Assembly: GCA_013115145.1 (NCBI GenBank)
Contig: JAAPAO010000371.1
Coordinates: forward strand, 1 to 35,325
From: Perkinsus chesapeaki ATCC PRA-425
Lineage: Eukaryota > Protista > Perkinsozoa
Direction of reading: 5' to 3'
DNA: 35,325 bases
Part shown: positions 24,971-35,325 of the stretch, piece by piece
Layout: the number at the start of each line of letters is the position of its first letter
Position numbering within the stretch: the first letter of the stretch is position 1
Notes under the pieces: model-generated
Database searches by the model: none
Told to the model about the DNA's origin: nothing
What the model saw: the letters and a program-made list of their open reading frames with translations, nothing else
Position numbers and translations under genes: made by a program

Positions 24971-25840
24971 TTATACTAGAACAATTTTACCACAGGCTAA
25001 TCGGGCGCCGGAGTTGCCGGTCGTCATCGAGCTTGGATTCCCACCTTTTCCCAAATCATCACGATCGGAGTGAAGCACAACCGAACGACCGACGACCGAG
25101 TAAGAGCCTTTGAGGACAATGAGGTCGGTGTAGAAGTGACCTTTGGCTACTCCTGATGCATCAGCCTGGATATTTCCCATATCCCCGACGTGGCGAACTG
25201 TTGCGTTCCTATCGCCGTGGGAATTATAGAATGGGTTGTAGTGACCACCAGCTGAATTGCAGCCATTGGGCTCAAATACCGATGTCTCATGAACATGAAC
25301 ACCATGATAGGAGTGCGGCTCTAATCCACTGACGTCGTACGATATTAAGGTTCTGTTGTAATCTTGTTTAAAACTGAATGTACCACGAGCAGGGCTACCG
25401 CTTCCGAAGGGTTCCAGTTTAGCTGAAGCCTCGATGGGAATGTCGAGAGGGCACGATCCAACTGAATGGAAAGACAAAACAATCGCCATACAGGGACCCT
25501 CATAAAGCGATGGAGACGGCTTTCTCGTCCTACCTGGTGAGATATCAGCACAGCGAACAGGATATAACTCCTTGCAGTGAGGATCGGAGCTTACTGAACA
25601 TGGAGTAGCATTGGCACTAGTTAGGGACTTCTCGAAGTATCTTGTAGAGGATAGGGAGCGGTATGATACCTTTATCAAGCCCACTTACAAACCCTGGCAC
25701 ACATGTGGCGGGCTCTGATAATCCTTGCAATAAGACCCTTTGTAGCTGCATCCGGGGACTAGGTTGCAAAGGTCATTACAAGCGTTGCCGTTTGCAGCCT
25801 CGGCTGTCAAGCTGGCGGCGCTGAGCAGCGAGAATAGCAT
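24971..25840 (-). CDS. Secreted 8-Cys domain + Cu/Zn superoxide dismutase, copy 5 (intact)
   Basis: MLFSLLSAASLTAEAANGNACNDLCNLVPGC..; all ligands and ARLACG present. Confidence 0.92.
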
Positions 25841-26568
25841 CTGGTCGAGAGTTTAAATGGAAAGAACAAATGAGAGATTCCATCCAGCTCCAGCGGGTGA
25901 CAGCTTCACCGTGACACAATCATTGGGTTAGTGGAGCATGGCCGCCTTCGCCTCCACCGAGTCGCAAAGTGTCGGTGTTATCTCCTTGATGAATGATATT
26001 ACTGAGTTTTAAAACGCCTATATTGCTAAGGTACACTCATCGGAACTATGTGACTAACATATTTGGCATGATCCAGTTGAAATGCCATCGCATGAATACT
26101 GAGACACGGAGGCTTGCTTTGATCCTACCAGTCATAGGGATCGTAGGCTATGACGAGAATTTACCGTGGTGTTACATCTGGCAGAATGCCCTCATTCTAC
26201 AAACTGTTTGGATTCTAAGGTGAGTCGATGGGCAATGTTCGAGTGAATGGTGGGATACCAAAAGACTCAAGTCGTAAAAATCACCTGACGCTGTCAGAAT
26301 GGAGCGTTACACCGCTCCATCTCAGTGTTACCGATATCATATCACTGCGGCTGAATGCGTTTTAGATAGAGAATCCGCCTTGCCTCGCATGCAGGGTTTC
26401 GTGATGCGATCTATATTCGTAGTGCGCGATTGTAATATCGCATCCGAAAAGCGTCCCTAGTCGAGTCTCGAGTGTCATTGCATGTGTCACCTTGGGTCAA
26501 CATTTTGCGCCACATCGATGGCAGTGTCCCGTCTTATGAGATCTTGCACTTCGCGTCATTTACATGAC

Positions 26569-27130
26569 AACTCGTTCAACTCCAACACTCGTCTGAGACG
26601 TCCATTCGGAGAGACGAGTCGTCTCTCCGAATGACCCGTGTATGAAAAGTGCAAACAATTGCGACATATACGAATAATCATTCTTGGTTGTAACTGATCC
26701 GACACAGCCCTCAGGAGTTGTGCGTCGTCCGGCATTTGTGTTGAGGTACCTGGAAATTTTCCCGACTTGAGATTTAATTATTTTCCAGTGGAAAATAATT
26801 TCACTTAATCGTATCATCTCCCGACAGTCGATGACGCCGCTGCGTGGCCGTTTCACGGTACTCGGTAACCGATGTTAACCGATGTAACCATCGACTGACA
26901 AACCTGTGAAAGTCGCTCGTAGCCAGAGACCATGAACGGATCCAGCCGTGACACAGCACCAGTTCTACCATAGACTCAAAACGATGCTGCTCCCCGCCGG
27001 TCAACCAAGCCTTCTTCCGCAACAGGCACCATCGGGAGAATAATAGGAATTGAGGCGGGGCCGAGGATGGCGAAATCGGCTGATGTTGTCGAGCTGACGC
27101 TGATATACGCTGTAACCTGGACTGATCCAA
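26569..27130 (-). pseudogene. Degenerate paralog of the membrane-protein gene at 29258-30006
   Basis: Aligns by eye to the intact copy (RKKAWLT..RFE, intron remnants). Has lost the signal peptide and most of the TM segment and carries a frameshift, a TGA and inverted insertions. Confidence 0.8.
26588..26633. mobile_element. Putative asymmetric hAT excision footprint, target CTCGTCTC
   Basis: CTCGTCT-G-AGACG (left hairpin), TC filler, then CATTCGGAGAGACGA-G-TCGTCTCTCCGAATG (right hairpin, 15-bp arms). Both central bases are the complements of the target's end bases. Absent from the paralog near 29271. Confidence 0.75.
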
Positions 27131-28199
27131 ACAGCGATATACATTACGTTGAAACCAGCCGGAGTCGTTAGTTTGGTGAACGTGAAGTGATCTACCCACA
27201 TGCAAGCCCATGTCACTTGAACAATTAGGGTTAGCAATTTTCGCACCCAGCCCAGCTTCATTTAACGTCCTGCCGTCAAGCTGTGGGATCTGGTGATGCT
27301 ATGAGTCCAGCATATCCAGCAACGTATCACAGAGCGTCAGAGTCTCTGGCCCAGAGTTAGTTATTCGTTCCAGGTCGCGAGGTGGCGTGACATTCCAGTA
27401 GGCCTTTGGACGGCTTGCAATAGACTTCGCATGCAATCTAGCGATGAGACGTCGGAAAGGTTCCAATAGCCCAGTGTGCCCAGGAACTCCTTGATGTGAA
27501 TGTGTTCGTCTGTACTACTTTCGCTGCGTTTCACCTCTTCTGTGATCGATCCTTCGAAACGTCTTTGGCAGCTGCGTAATTCGGTTAAGTCTGGCGCCTG
27601 CACACGGCTTGGCCATACTAACAATGACATAAGAGTTTTGGATCATCTTTACTAACCGGGGAACCGCACACTTTTTTCATCCGGGTTTGAGTTGAAGGTT
27701 GATCATCCTCAATGGGCGTCTGATGGGTTGTATAATGTCGAATTTGCAATCATCAACAAGAGGAGTTTATGCGGAAACCCTGTGTATTAATGTACTCAAC
27801 GTAGCAGAGAAGTTTCGGGATTATCGAATCGGGAAACGGATCTTCCCAAGAGACCGGTTAGGTTCAAAAATAGAAGTTTACAGAAATACGACTCCGGAAG
27901 GCAGAGCTGAACTTCCTAAGGCTCCAGGTCAAGGCTTTGAGTACGCGTCGGCGGGCAGAGCTTGATGGCTTCTTGTACAGCCCACGTCCAGCAGCCGGGT
28001 GTGCGGGTGGTGTCTGCGGTTCTCGTTCGTTGGCCATGGGGTGAAAGCGAAAAGGTTAACAGTGCGGACTTGAGCGGAATCGATATGCAACGACAATATG
28101 TTAACGACTTTGGTAGCCCCAGTAGCCTGCCTCACGAACTTCCTCAATGCCTCCCAGCGCGACAATCGGATTTACGGCCGCGCTTTCTAGCTTGAACAA

Positions 28200-28895
28200 G
28201 CGGGCGCCGGAGTTACCGGTCGTCTTCGGGCATTAATCTCCACCACGCCCCGAGTGAAGAACAACAGAACGACCAGGGACAAAGTATTGCATGACCTATA
28301 TGCGGTCAGTATTGCTGGCCGCACATCTGTTCTCGTAAGGCCGAGTAAGGACGACAAGATCGGTATAGATTCTATACTATACTTAGAATCGACTTTGGCT
28401 ACTTTAGATGCACCAGCTTAGATATTTTTCATATCAACAACGTGGGGAACGTAGAATTAATACAGCCATAGCAATCATAGAATGGGTTGTAGTCACCGCC
28501 AGCTGAATTAGAACCATTGCACAAATGTCTGGTTAATATGAACAGTGTTCATGGTTTTCATTGAAGACCATGATGGGAAAGCGGCTCTGAACCATTGACA
28601 TCATGTGATTTCAAGGTGCTATCGTAATATCTATGGACTTGGACCAAGACTTGGAAACTAAATTTACAATGACTTAGAAGAGGGGCAGCGGAATCAGATT
28701 AACGGAAGCGGATCAACTCAGTGGAGTCCACTGAGCGGACACTCGGAAGGGTACCCACTCGGATCCTCACGATGCACTGCTTCAGAAGTAGTTCAGCTTT
28801 TCCATCCTACCTATAGATCAGCACACCGGATAGGATACTGCAGTGAGGATGGGGGTTCACTGAGCATGGGGTAGCATTCACACTATATCTTTCAG
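28200..28895 (-). pseudogene. Cys-domain/Cu-Zn SOD copy 6, heavily decayed and lacking exon 1
   Basis: Residual homology to copy 5 (ATAGAATGGGTTGTAGTCACCGCCAGCTGAATT, CAGTGAGGAT, GTAGCATT) with many indels and three footprint-type insertions. Confidence 0.85.
28719..28740. mobile_element. Putative hAT excision footprint in SOD pseudogene 6, target CAGTGGAC
   Basis: CAGTGGA+GTCCACTG+AGCGGAC, 1 transition. Related footprints with extra filler lie at 28363-28388 (target GTATAGAA) and 28538-28568 (target ATGAACAC). Confidence 0.75.
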
Positions 28896-29257
28896 AAGGC
28901 TTTTTCACGCTAAATCCCCACAATTTGGCGATTAAGGAAATCATTTCCGCGGATAGGGACATCAATTAAGCGGTAACCGTCGGATAGGGTTTTAATTTCG
29001 TTATGCGATGGAGAGTGTGCCTCGCTAATATCTCGCGATCTCGTGATACGCTTGGCTCTTGTTATTCGCGATGGCTACAGTATATCTCATCTGAAAGGCG
29101 TCCCCGACCAAGTCTTTAGTGTCATTGCGGAGACTACGCTAAGGGGGCGCCCGTCACTCCTCATCGACGTATCCCTTAAAAGGATATGCACAGGGATTGT
29201 CCCTTAGAGATATTCCCTTCGCATCCGATATATGACCTTGCGTCATTTACATGATAA

Positions 29258-30006
29258 CTAATTGAACTCTAACAATCGTCTCCGAAAACGGGATACCAGT
29301 GTAGAATGGTACAAGCAATTGTGACATATCTGGATGATCATTCTTGAAGAGGCGGAGTAGTCGATCCGACAGAGCCCTCGGGAGTTGTGCGCCGTCCGAC
29401 AATTTGTGTGGAGGTACCTGAAAAACGGGAAATAGTTGAATGTTGAACTGATGTAACAAACCGACTTTCACCGTTGCGTGGAGCTGCCAGGTCGTCGAAG
29501 GGCATTTCACTTAACCGTGTCATGTGCGCGTGGTCGATGACGCCGCTGCTCGACCTCCTCACGGTTCTCGGTAACCGCTGGTTGACAAACCTGTAGAAGT
29601 CACTCGCGGCCAGAGACCATAACAAAACCTACCGTGCAACAGCACCAGCTCCCCCATAAACCAACTCTTCAAAACGCTGCTGCTTCTCGCGGGTCAACCA
29701 GGCCTTCTTCCGCGACAGCCACCATAGAGAAGCGACAAGGATAAATCCCCACCATGCTATGAACCACAATATACCAGACCAATCATTGGAGTATGTAGCC
29801 CCCACAGCTTTCTGCTGCGCACGGCTCTCTTCAACAGCAGCTTCGATGTCACCTGCTTGAGGCGGAGCTGGGATAGCGAAATCGGCTGATATTGTCGAGT
29901 TGACGCTGGTGTCAGTAGCAACCTGGACTGATCCTTCAGACAACGGACCGTCACTCGATACAAGCGACGCTGCAAACAGAGAACATAAAATAATAAATAG
30001 CCGCAT
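29258..30006 (-). CDS. Hypothetical type I membrane protein: signal peptide, Trp-rich TM helix, basic Cys/His-containing tail
   Basis: MRLFIILCSLFAASLVSS signal, WSGILWFIAWWGFILVASLWWLS TM and RKK stop-transfer. Two GT-AG introns give ..YLHTNCRTAHNSRGLCRIDY..ICHNCLYH..EFN*. Confidence 0.7.
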
Positions 30007-30094
30007 TTGCGGGGTTTGCCTAGACTCGGTAACTACGATACTCGATACTCAACCCTACGCATCCGAGAAGTGTTGAAACACAAAAACACAAGCG

Positions 30095-33020
30095 TCAAGG
30101 CCGATGGTCAGAGGACCCGGAAGAACTGCCCTCATGGCTCTGGTGATCTCCGTCGTGTTGTTGCTCTGCTAGAGACTGTGACAAAGCTATTGCCATTAAT
30201 GTATCGTCATCAAGATACTCCTCGGGAGAGTTCTGCTTCCTCTTTCGCCGGCCATGTGTTCCCTAACCAGGACACTAAGCAACGTTGCAAAGGCAGCGTA
30301 CCTCAGATTGTTCCTTTGCCAACTCCTTAGCAGCTTTTTGCTGTTCATAAAATAACAGTAGCGCTGCCTGTTGCGCACTGTCCTTTCTCCCTTCTAGTTT
30401 AACTGTTCTCCCTCCTCCCCGTCGGGCTCGCTTCTTCGGCCGAGGAGATGATGAGGATGATCGACCAGGGGAGGACGGGGTTGTCTTCTCAGACTCACGA
30501 GGAGGAGCTCCTTCTTCTGATTCACCGCCCGAATCGGCATCACGAATTGTTTTTCGTTTTTTGCTCCCGCCCTTGCCACTGGATTTTTCGCTGGCATCGC
30601 TTGAAGAACTAGAGCATGACGATGACGACGATGACGACGATGATGAAGACGACTCCTCTACAGATCCGCCGGTAGTGGCATGCGATCGCGGTGGTGTCCT
30701 CTTTGCTTTGGCCTTGGCTTTCGGTTTTGCTTTCGCCTTTGCCTTTGCCTTCGCTTTCACCTTTGCATTTGCTCTTGGCTTGGCCTTAGCTTTCGGTTCG
30801 GCCTTGGCTCGCGACTTCTTCCCTCTTTCACTTTCAGAATCTTCTTTTCCAGTAGGGAAGGGTAAGCTAGGCGCAGCATCAGTCCCTTCAGCTTTCTTTT
30901 TATCCATACCCATCTTTCTAGCAACCTGCTCTTGACGTAGCATAAGGTGAACATCTAGCTCAGGTTCTTCATCTCCTTCCTTCCAGCCCACCAATCGTCC
31001 GTCTTCTAATGTCTGATACACCCTTTGTTCATCATCATTTATATCAATAATACCGCCGCTTGGTAGCAGTAGTCGATAAACTGCCTGAAACGAGAGTCAC
31101 AGCAGCAGCTTATTCCTCTGCCGGCACTTACTGAATCACCCGGTTTGGGTTCAACGCTTGCCGAAAAGCGTTTGGTCATCTTTTTCCAGGCGCACCTTGC
31201 CTTCATACGAAACACCTCTTCCCTCGGCTCAGCCTCCAATGAATCTCGCATATCTTTCACCGTCACAAGATACGTAGGAGGGCCCTTAGGCTCATCTTTG
31301 ATCCGTGAATTTGCCAACTCGCCTCGCGTCGCTGTTTTCGCCGGCTCATCGTCTCTCGCTGGTTTGGAGGGGACCTGCCACTTCTCCCTAGGTGGACCAG
31401 ATTCATCCGCATCCTGTGGGGCGCTTTGGCTCGGCATGGCATCGTAGGTTGTTGGCTTTATAGGAAAGTCGAATCCAAGAGGCTCCTCCTCCTCCTGCTG
31501 CTGCTGCTGCTGCAGTAGGACTGGTGGCAATTGCGATGTGACGGAGTTGATCTCGAGGGTGTATTGTCGATCATCGTCCAGTAGAGAATACGGATCCTTC
31601 ACATAAGGCAGCCTGAAAAGTAAGCTATCAAAAGGTCAATCTATCCAGCCCAACTACCCCGACACTGCCATCCGCGCATCCACGCCTAATGGTTCAATCC
31701 CAGCAGCTGTAGTGTCTACAGACCTCCTCCACTCCCCAAGCACATCACCAATTGTAGCGCTATGGCTACACAGTATACTCCGCCGTATGCCAGTACGCCT
31801 ATCCTTTACTTTAACACTCAGAAGAGTAGGACGCGCTGGACGTATGGTTACAGTACTAGTGCCTCCTTCACTAGTGATGCCAGTAAGGTAGGCCCCCTCT
31901 ACAAGCCTGCCGTTTATAAATATCTCACAGGGGCCCTCTTGGCCAATCTGCTCGAGCAAGGCAGATCGAGTGGCGTCGCATGGTACTGTGATCTGCTCTT
32001 GTTTTCCAGTAATTTCGTTGACCACCGCCACCCTAACGGTCCCTTCCGGTGTAATTGCCTACCACCATAGGGCTTTGTATTTCACAACCATCACTGGCAG
32101 TACCTTATCCTTATCCTGTGCCATTTCAACTACAACTTCAATCCTACAGAAATGACCATCTCCCATCACAACGTGCTCCACAGCCGAGCTCATGTCAATC
32201 TCTTCACGGTCAGGTAGCAGCAGGAAGGTTATATTAGCGTCACTGTGACTAGGGTACTTGGTTACCCTGAATCAACGATCACTAGCCAAAAATGCCGACG
32301 ATGGAGTGCCGGATCAACGACGGATTTTCACGTTGGAAATATTTCGTAAGTGACAGCGACAGAATTGTACCCAAATTTTATGCCGTTATTCCCTCATCCC
32401 CATCAGCCTCCCTACTACCATGCTTTTAGCATCCTTGACCACTTCACTGCTCCTGGTAATGTAACATCAATCCTGTGTGATGGGTCATCTTTTTGCTGTA
32501 GAACTACCGATACGTTCATAGGAGTGGGTGGTGTTGCGGAGGAAGGCGCAGGGCTCTCCGGTGCTGGACTCGCCTCTGGCTTCTTAGCTGCCTCCTGCAC
32601 AACCTGTCCCATACATGGTAGCCCGATAACTACCTCTGTCACTGCTTCACAAGTCGATAGCGGAACGAAGTGTTTAGGAACCGCATAGACCGTCTTAGGG
32701 TCCGGTAGATCACCAGCCCTGGTCGTTGGTAGCAGCTCCTCTGTCCTCTCCGCATTCATTAGTTTAACTGTATCCGGCGGTATCTAAACACTGCCCCTCC
32801 TTTCATATATCACTTCGTATGGGAATACCATCCCTTGCAATCCACCCATCCCCACCTGCTGATGCTTGCACCATGACCTCAGTAGCTTATCTAGCTTATG
32901 CTTCGGCTTCATCTTAACACTAACTTCGTTAACCGATCCTTTAGCACCCCCGCCACTGCCGCTATCGGCTGGAGACAACACTCGGACCGTCAGAGTTGCA
33001 TCGTTCTCATCTCCGCCCAT
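30095..33020 (-). CDS. Hypothetical protein with about five tandem ubiquitin/SUMO-like segments, a Lys/Ala-rich and Ser-rich tail, and a C-terminal UIM
   Basis: Repeated beta-grasp-like starts (TLTVRV..VSVKMKPKHKLDKLLRSW; MNVSVVL..IDVTLPGAVKWSRMLKAW; VRVAVVNE..QITVPCDAT; LLSVKVKD..SILCSHSATIGDVL; YLVTVKD..FRMKARCAWKKM). AKAKAK and poly-Ser tracts. DDDTLMAIALSQSLAEQ fits the UIM pattern. Splicing assembled by eye. Confidence 0.6.
30702..30810. repeat. Coding (GCAAAG/GCGAAA)n-type hexamer repeat encoding Ala-Lys repeats on the minus strand
   Basis: TTTGCTTTGGCCTTGGCTTTCGGTTTTGCTTTCGCCTTTGCCTTTGCCTTCGCT.. translates as AKAKAKAKAKPKAKAK. Confidence 0.8.
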
Positions 33021-33254
33021 ACTGTATAAAATGCTTAAGCCGTGGTATCTTTACTCTTTGTTACTCAACATTGACATGTTAATATAGAAATGGTATTGGG
33101 CTCTCTCACGAGAACATACTGTTAATGGGCAACTAGGAATAGTTGGTACAGCGCTTAAGGCAGCAACAACTACAGCAACCATCCGTAGCAAGACTCCCTA
33201 CGCTGGCGAAGGAGGCAGAATAATGACAAAGGTAGTAGTAGTAATAAGACAGAA

Positions 33255-34322
33255 CTAAGGCGGAGTAAGGCTTCTAGGACTATGTAAGATCAAGGGCTGT
33301 TCCTCGCAGTCACAATCATCAAACCAAGGATGGTCCAGAGCCTCATCGACGGTCATTCTCTTAGCTGGATCAACACACATAAGCCCTTCCAAAAGGTCCA
33401 GCAATGCCGGTGACATGAGTTGAGCTCTTTGCCAGCTGGTCAACAGCTTCACTACGCCGAACTTTGCAACGTACCGAAAACGGGCATCCGCAACACTAGC
33501 CTGGTTCCACGGCGGAGTGCCTACAGTCATAATGAATAGCATAACACCAACAGCAAATAGATCGGCAGGTGCTCCAAGATAGTGGCCATGGTACATCTCC
33601 GGAGCTCTATAGTAGGCCTTCCCTGCTCTTCCCGAATGCAGTAGTGGTGTATTCGGCGTCGGGCCCTCCGGATTATTCAATAAAACGGCCTGACCAAAGT
33701 CGATAACTCTAACAGATCCATCATCGTGCAGCAGCGTATTCTCCAGCGATATGTCTCGATGTACTATACCGTTACAGTGTAGCGATTTAACCGCCCTGAG
33801 GACCTGCCATGTGTACTTCTTCGCCACTGGCTCCGCAAACTGCTTGGCATTGACAACATGGTCAAACAACTCTCCGCCTGATGAGTACTCCGACATGAAA
33901 TATGTAAACTCTTCATCTTGATATATACCAAATGCTCGTGCTATAAACTCCCCCGAGGTGCAGGTGGCTAGGTACCTCGATACCCCGATCTCAGTAAGTG
34001 CATCTTCTAGCATCCTTGGATCAAATTGTATAACATTAACATTAGGCATCTTCTTAACAACCACTGCCTTCCCTGTAGGGATGTGCTCATATAGATACAC
34101 CTTGCCATGAATTGCCGAAGCCAGCTTTTGCACTTTACGATACTCTCCGTCCGGGAATGGTTCGAAGACAGCATACGACTTCAATCTCCGTGGATGACCA
34201 AGCCATTGTGGTATACAACAACCATCTGTCGCTGGTGGCGCAGAGGAGGTGGAGCTGGTGTAGCTGCCGCAGTTCTTACTCCTCTTTCGCTGAGTATTCT
34301 CCGGACAGCTGGAGGGCTTCAT
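33255..34322 (-). CDS. Intronless Ser/Thr protein kinase, CAMK-like
   Basis: 355-aa ORF with VVVKKM, HRDISLEN, DFG, YRAPE, DLFAVGVML and RMTVDEALDHPW. The Gly-rich loop is degenerate (ASAIHG). Confidence 0.92.
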   Translation of the reverse strand: MKPSSCPENTQRKRSKNCGSYTSSTSSAPPATDGCCIPQWLGHPRRLKSYAVFEPFPDGEYRKVQKLASAIHGKVYLYEHIPTGKAVVVKKMPNVNVIQFDPRMLEDALTEIGVSRYLATCTSGEFIARAFGIYQDEEFTYFMSEYSSGGELFDHVVNAKQFAEPVAKKYTWQVLRAVKSLHCNGIVHRDISLENTLLHDDGSVRVIDFGQAVLLNNPEGPTPNTPLLHSGRAGKAYYRAPEMYHGHYLGAPADLFAVGVMLFIMTVGTPPWNQASVADARFRYVAKFGVVKLLTSWQRAQLMSPALLDLLEGLMCVDPAKRMTVDEALDHPWFDDCDCEEQPLILHSPRSLTPP

Positions 34323-34611
34323 CTACTGTAATATAACTATAATATAGGACAGTGTGGCAGTTGATAGAAAAGGGATGAGGAGAAGTCAAGATAATAATAA
34401 CAACCCCGGAAAACTGATAGCAATGAGGTCGCTAGCGTTACTGAGGAACACAACAACATAGGTGATAGAGGAATACAACGTTATGGCCACTTAGACGGTC
34501 TATCATACCATGGCCTTAAATCGGCAGCATGAACACGTGTCGAGTGGCATCCCTTAAGATGGTGCATTAAGCAGCTGAACACATTCCATTTATATCTCTA
34601 TTGATATATTA

Positions 34612-35325
34612 TTACTTTTTCCTAAAGTCTACTGAGTGGAGGGAATTCCCTCTATTAAAGCGATGGTGGATAGGGTAGCCGAATGAGTATGCCCTGTCCC
34701 GAGGCATCTCCTTGAAGACAGCTCTCGTACGAGCTATTTGAAGCCCGCCTGATAACACCACAAAGTGCCCTTTTTCCCCTACCGCTGCACTACACCCCAA
34801 GCACGCCCCTATATTACTTTCCAGGCCTGCTACTGGCCGTTCGATCATGCTCTCGGACATTATACGCTCCATACTTGTGGCTCCACGATGAAATCTACCC
34901 CACAGATGTGCCCTATCGCCATGAAAACATTACCTTTTTTCCTCACTGAGTAGACCCTCCGTCTGACCATCACCTACCGCTCCTACAGAGGACATAGAGG
35001 TATGCAGACTGCCCGTTGACGCAGCCCGGCACAGATGTTCCCTCATCGGTAGTATCCTGATCACCATATCCTAGTACTGCTGCTATCTTAAGCTGTGCTA
35101 CCGTCTAGCTTTGAACGCACCCGCCGGCGGCACCGACCGATGCCATTCAGCTCTTGCGCCCATCAACTTCACACTAGAGGGGTCTGTGATGGTACGAGAT
35201 AGCCATTCCATTATGTTGTAATCAACCTTTGAAGATGCACTGTGGAAACGTTATGTTAAGATGTTCCGTTCATTCTCTTGACGCAACTCGTTGATGGATG
35301 CAGGCATAATGAATGAGTGAGTAGG
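34612..35325 (-). CDS. 3' part of a hypothetical multi-exon gene, probably starting beyond the window
   Basis: Protein-like exon frames (ASSKVDYNIMEWLSRTITDPSSVKLMAQELNG; final 86-aa ORF ending DFRKK*) separated by GT-AG-like gaps. No family recognised. Confidence 0.4.

Noticed and set aside
16132-28895. Repeated SOD segments as a CRISPR array or satellite
   Set aside because: The repeats are kilobase-spaced paralogous coding exons, not short repeat-spacer units.
21314-28948. Short 5-6-bp 1-nt-spacer palindromes (centres 21319, 22400, 22577, 28942) as further footprints
   Set aside because: They fail the second-centre test 7 nt away and are expected by chance at this arm length.

Overview
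Compact eukaryotic genomic DNA with gene-dense spacing and mostly ~30-60 nt GT-AG introns. It is most consistent with a Perkinsus-like alveolate parasite; this is inferred from gene structure and protein content, not from a database search. All multi-exon models were assembled by eye. Left third (1.6-15.6 kb): housekeeping genes, namely a secreted pepsin-family aspartic protease, tubulin cofactor C, an SRSF1-like SR protein, a selenocysteine thioredoxin reductase (C-terminal GC-UGA-G plus a canonical SECIS), TMEM258/OST5, a hypothetical gene, a RAD51D-like paralog and MLH3. Middle (16.1-30.0 kb): an accessory tandem array of six minus-strand genes encoding signal peptide + 8-Cys domain + Cu/Zn SOD. 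Three copies have a full active site, one is intact but lacks a Cu ligand and the catalytic Arg, and two are pseudogenes. The last two SOD copies each sit beside a copy of a small membrane-protein gene. Right end: a multi-ubiquitin-like-domain protein with a C-terminal UIM, an intronless Ser/Thr kinase and a partial gene. The most unexpected signal is a recurring 22-nt motif, X(1-7)+revcomp(X)+X(2-8) for an 8-mer X, seen about 12 times and only in pseudogenes and spacers. This is the predicted scar of hAT-type transposon excision repaired by annealing the two opened hairpins. No transposase, tRNA, rRNA or CRISPR array was recognised.
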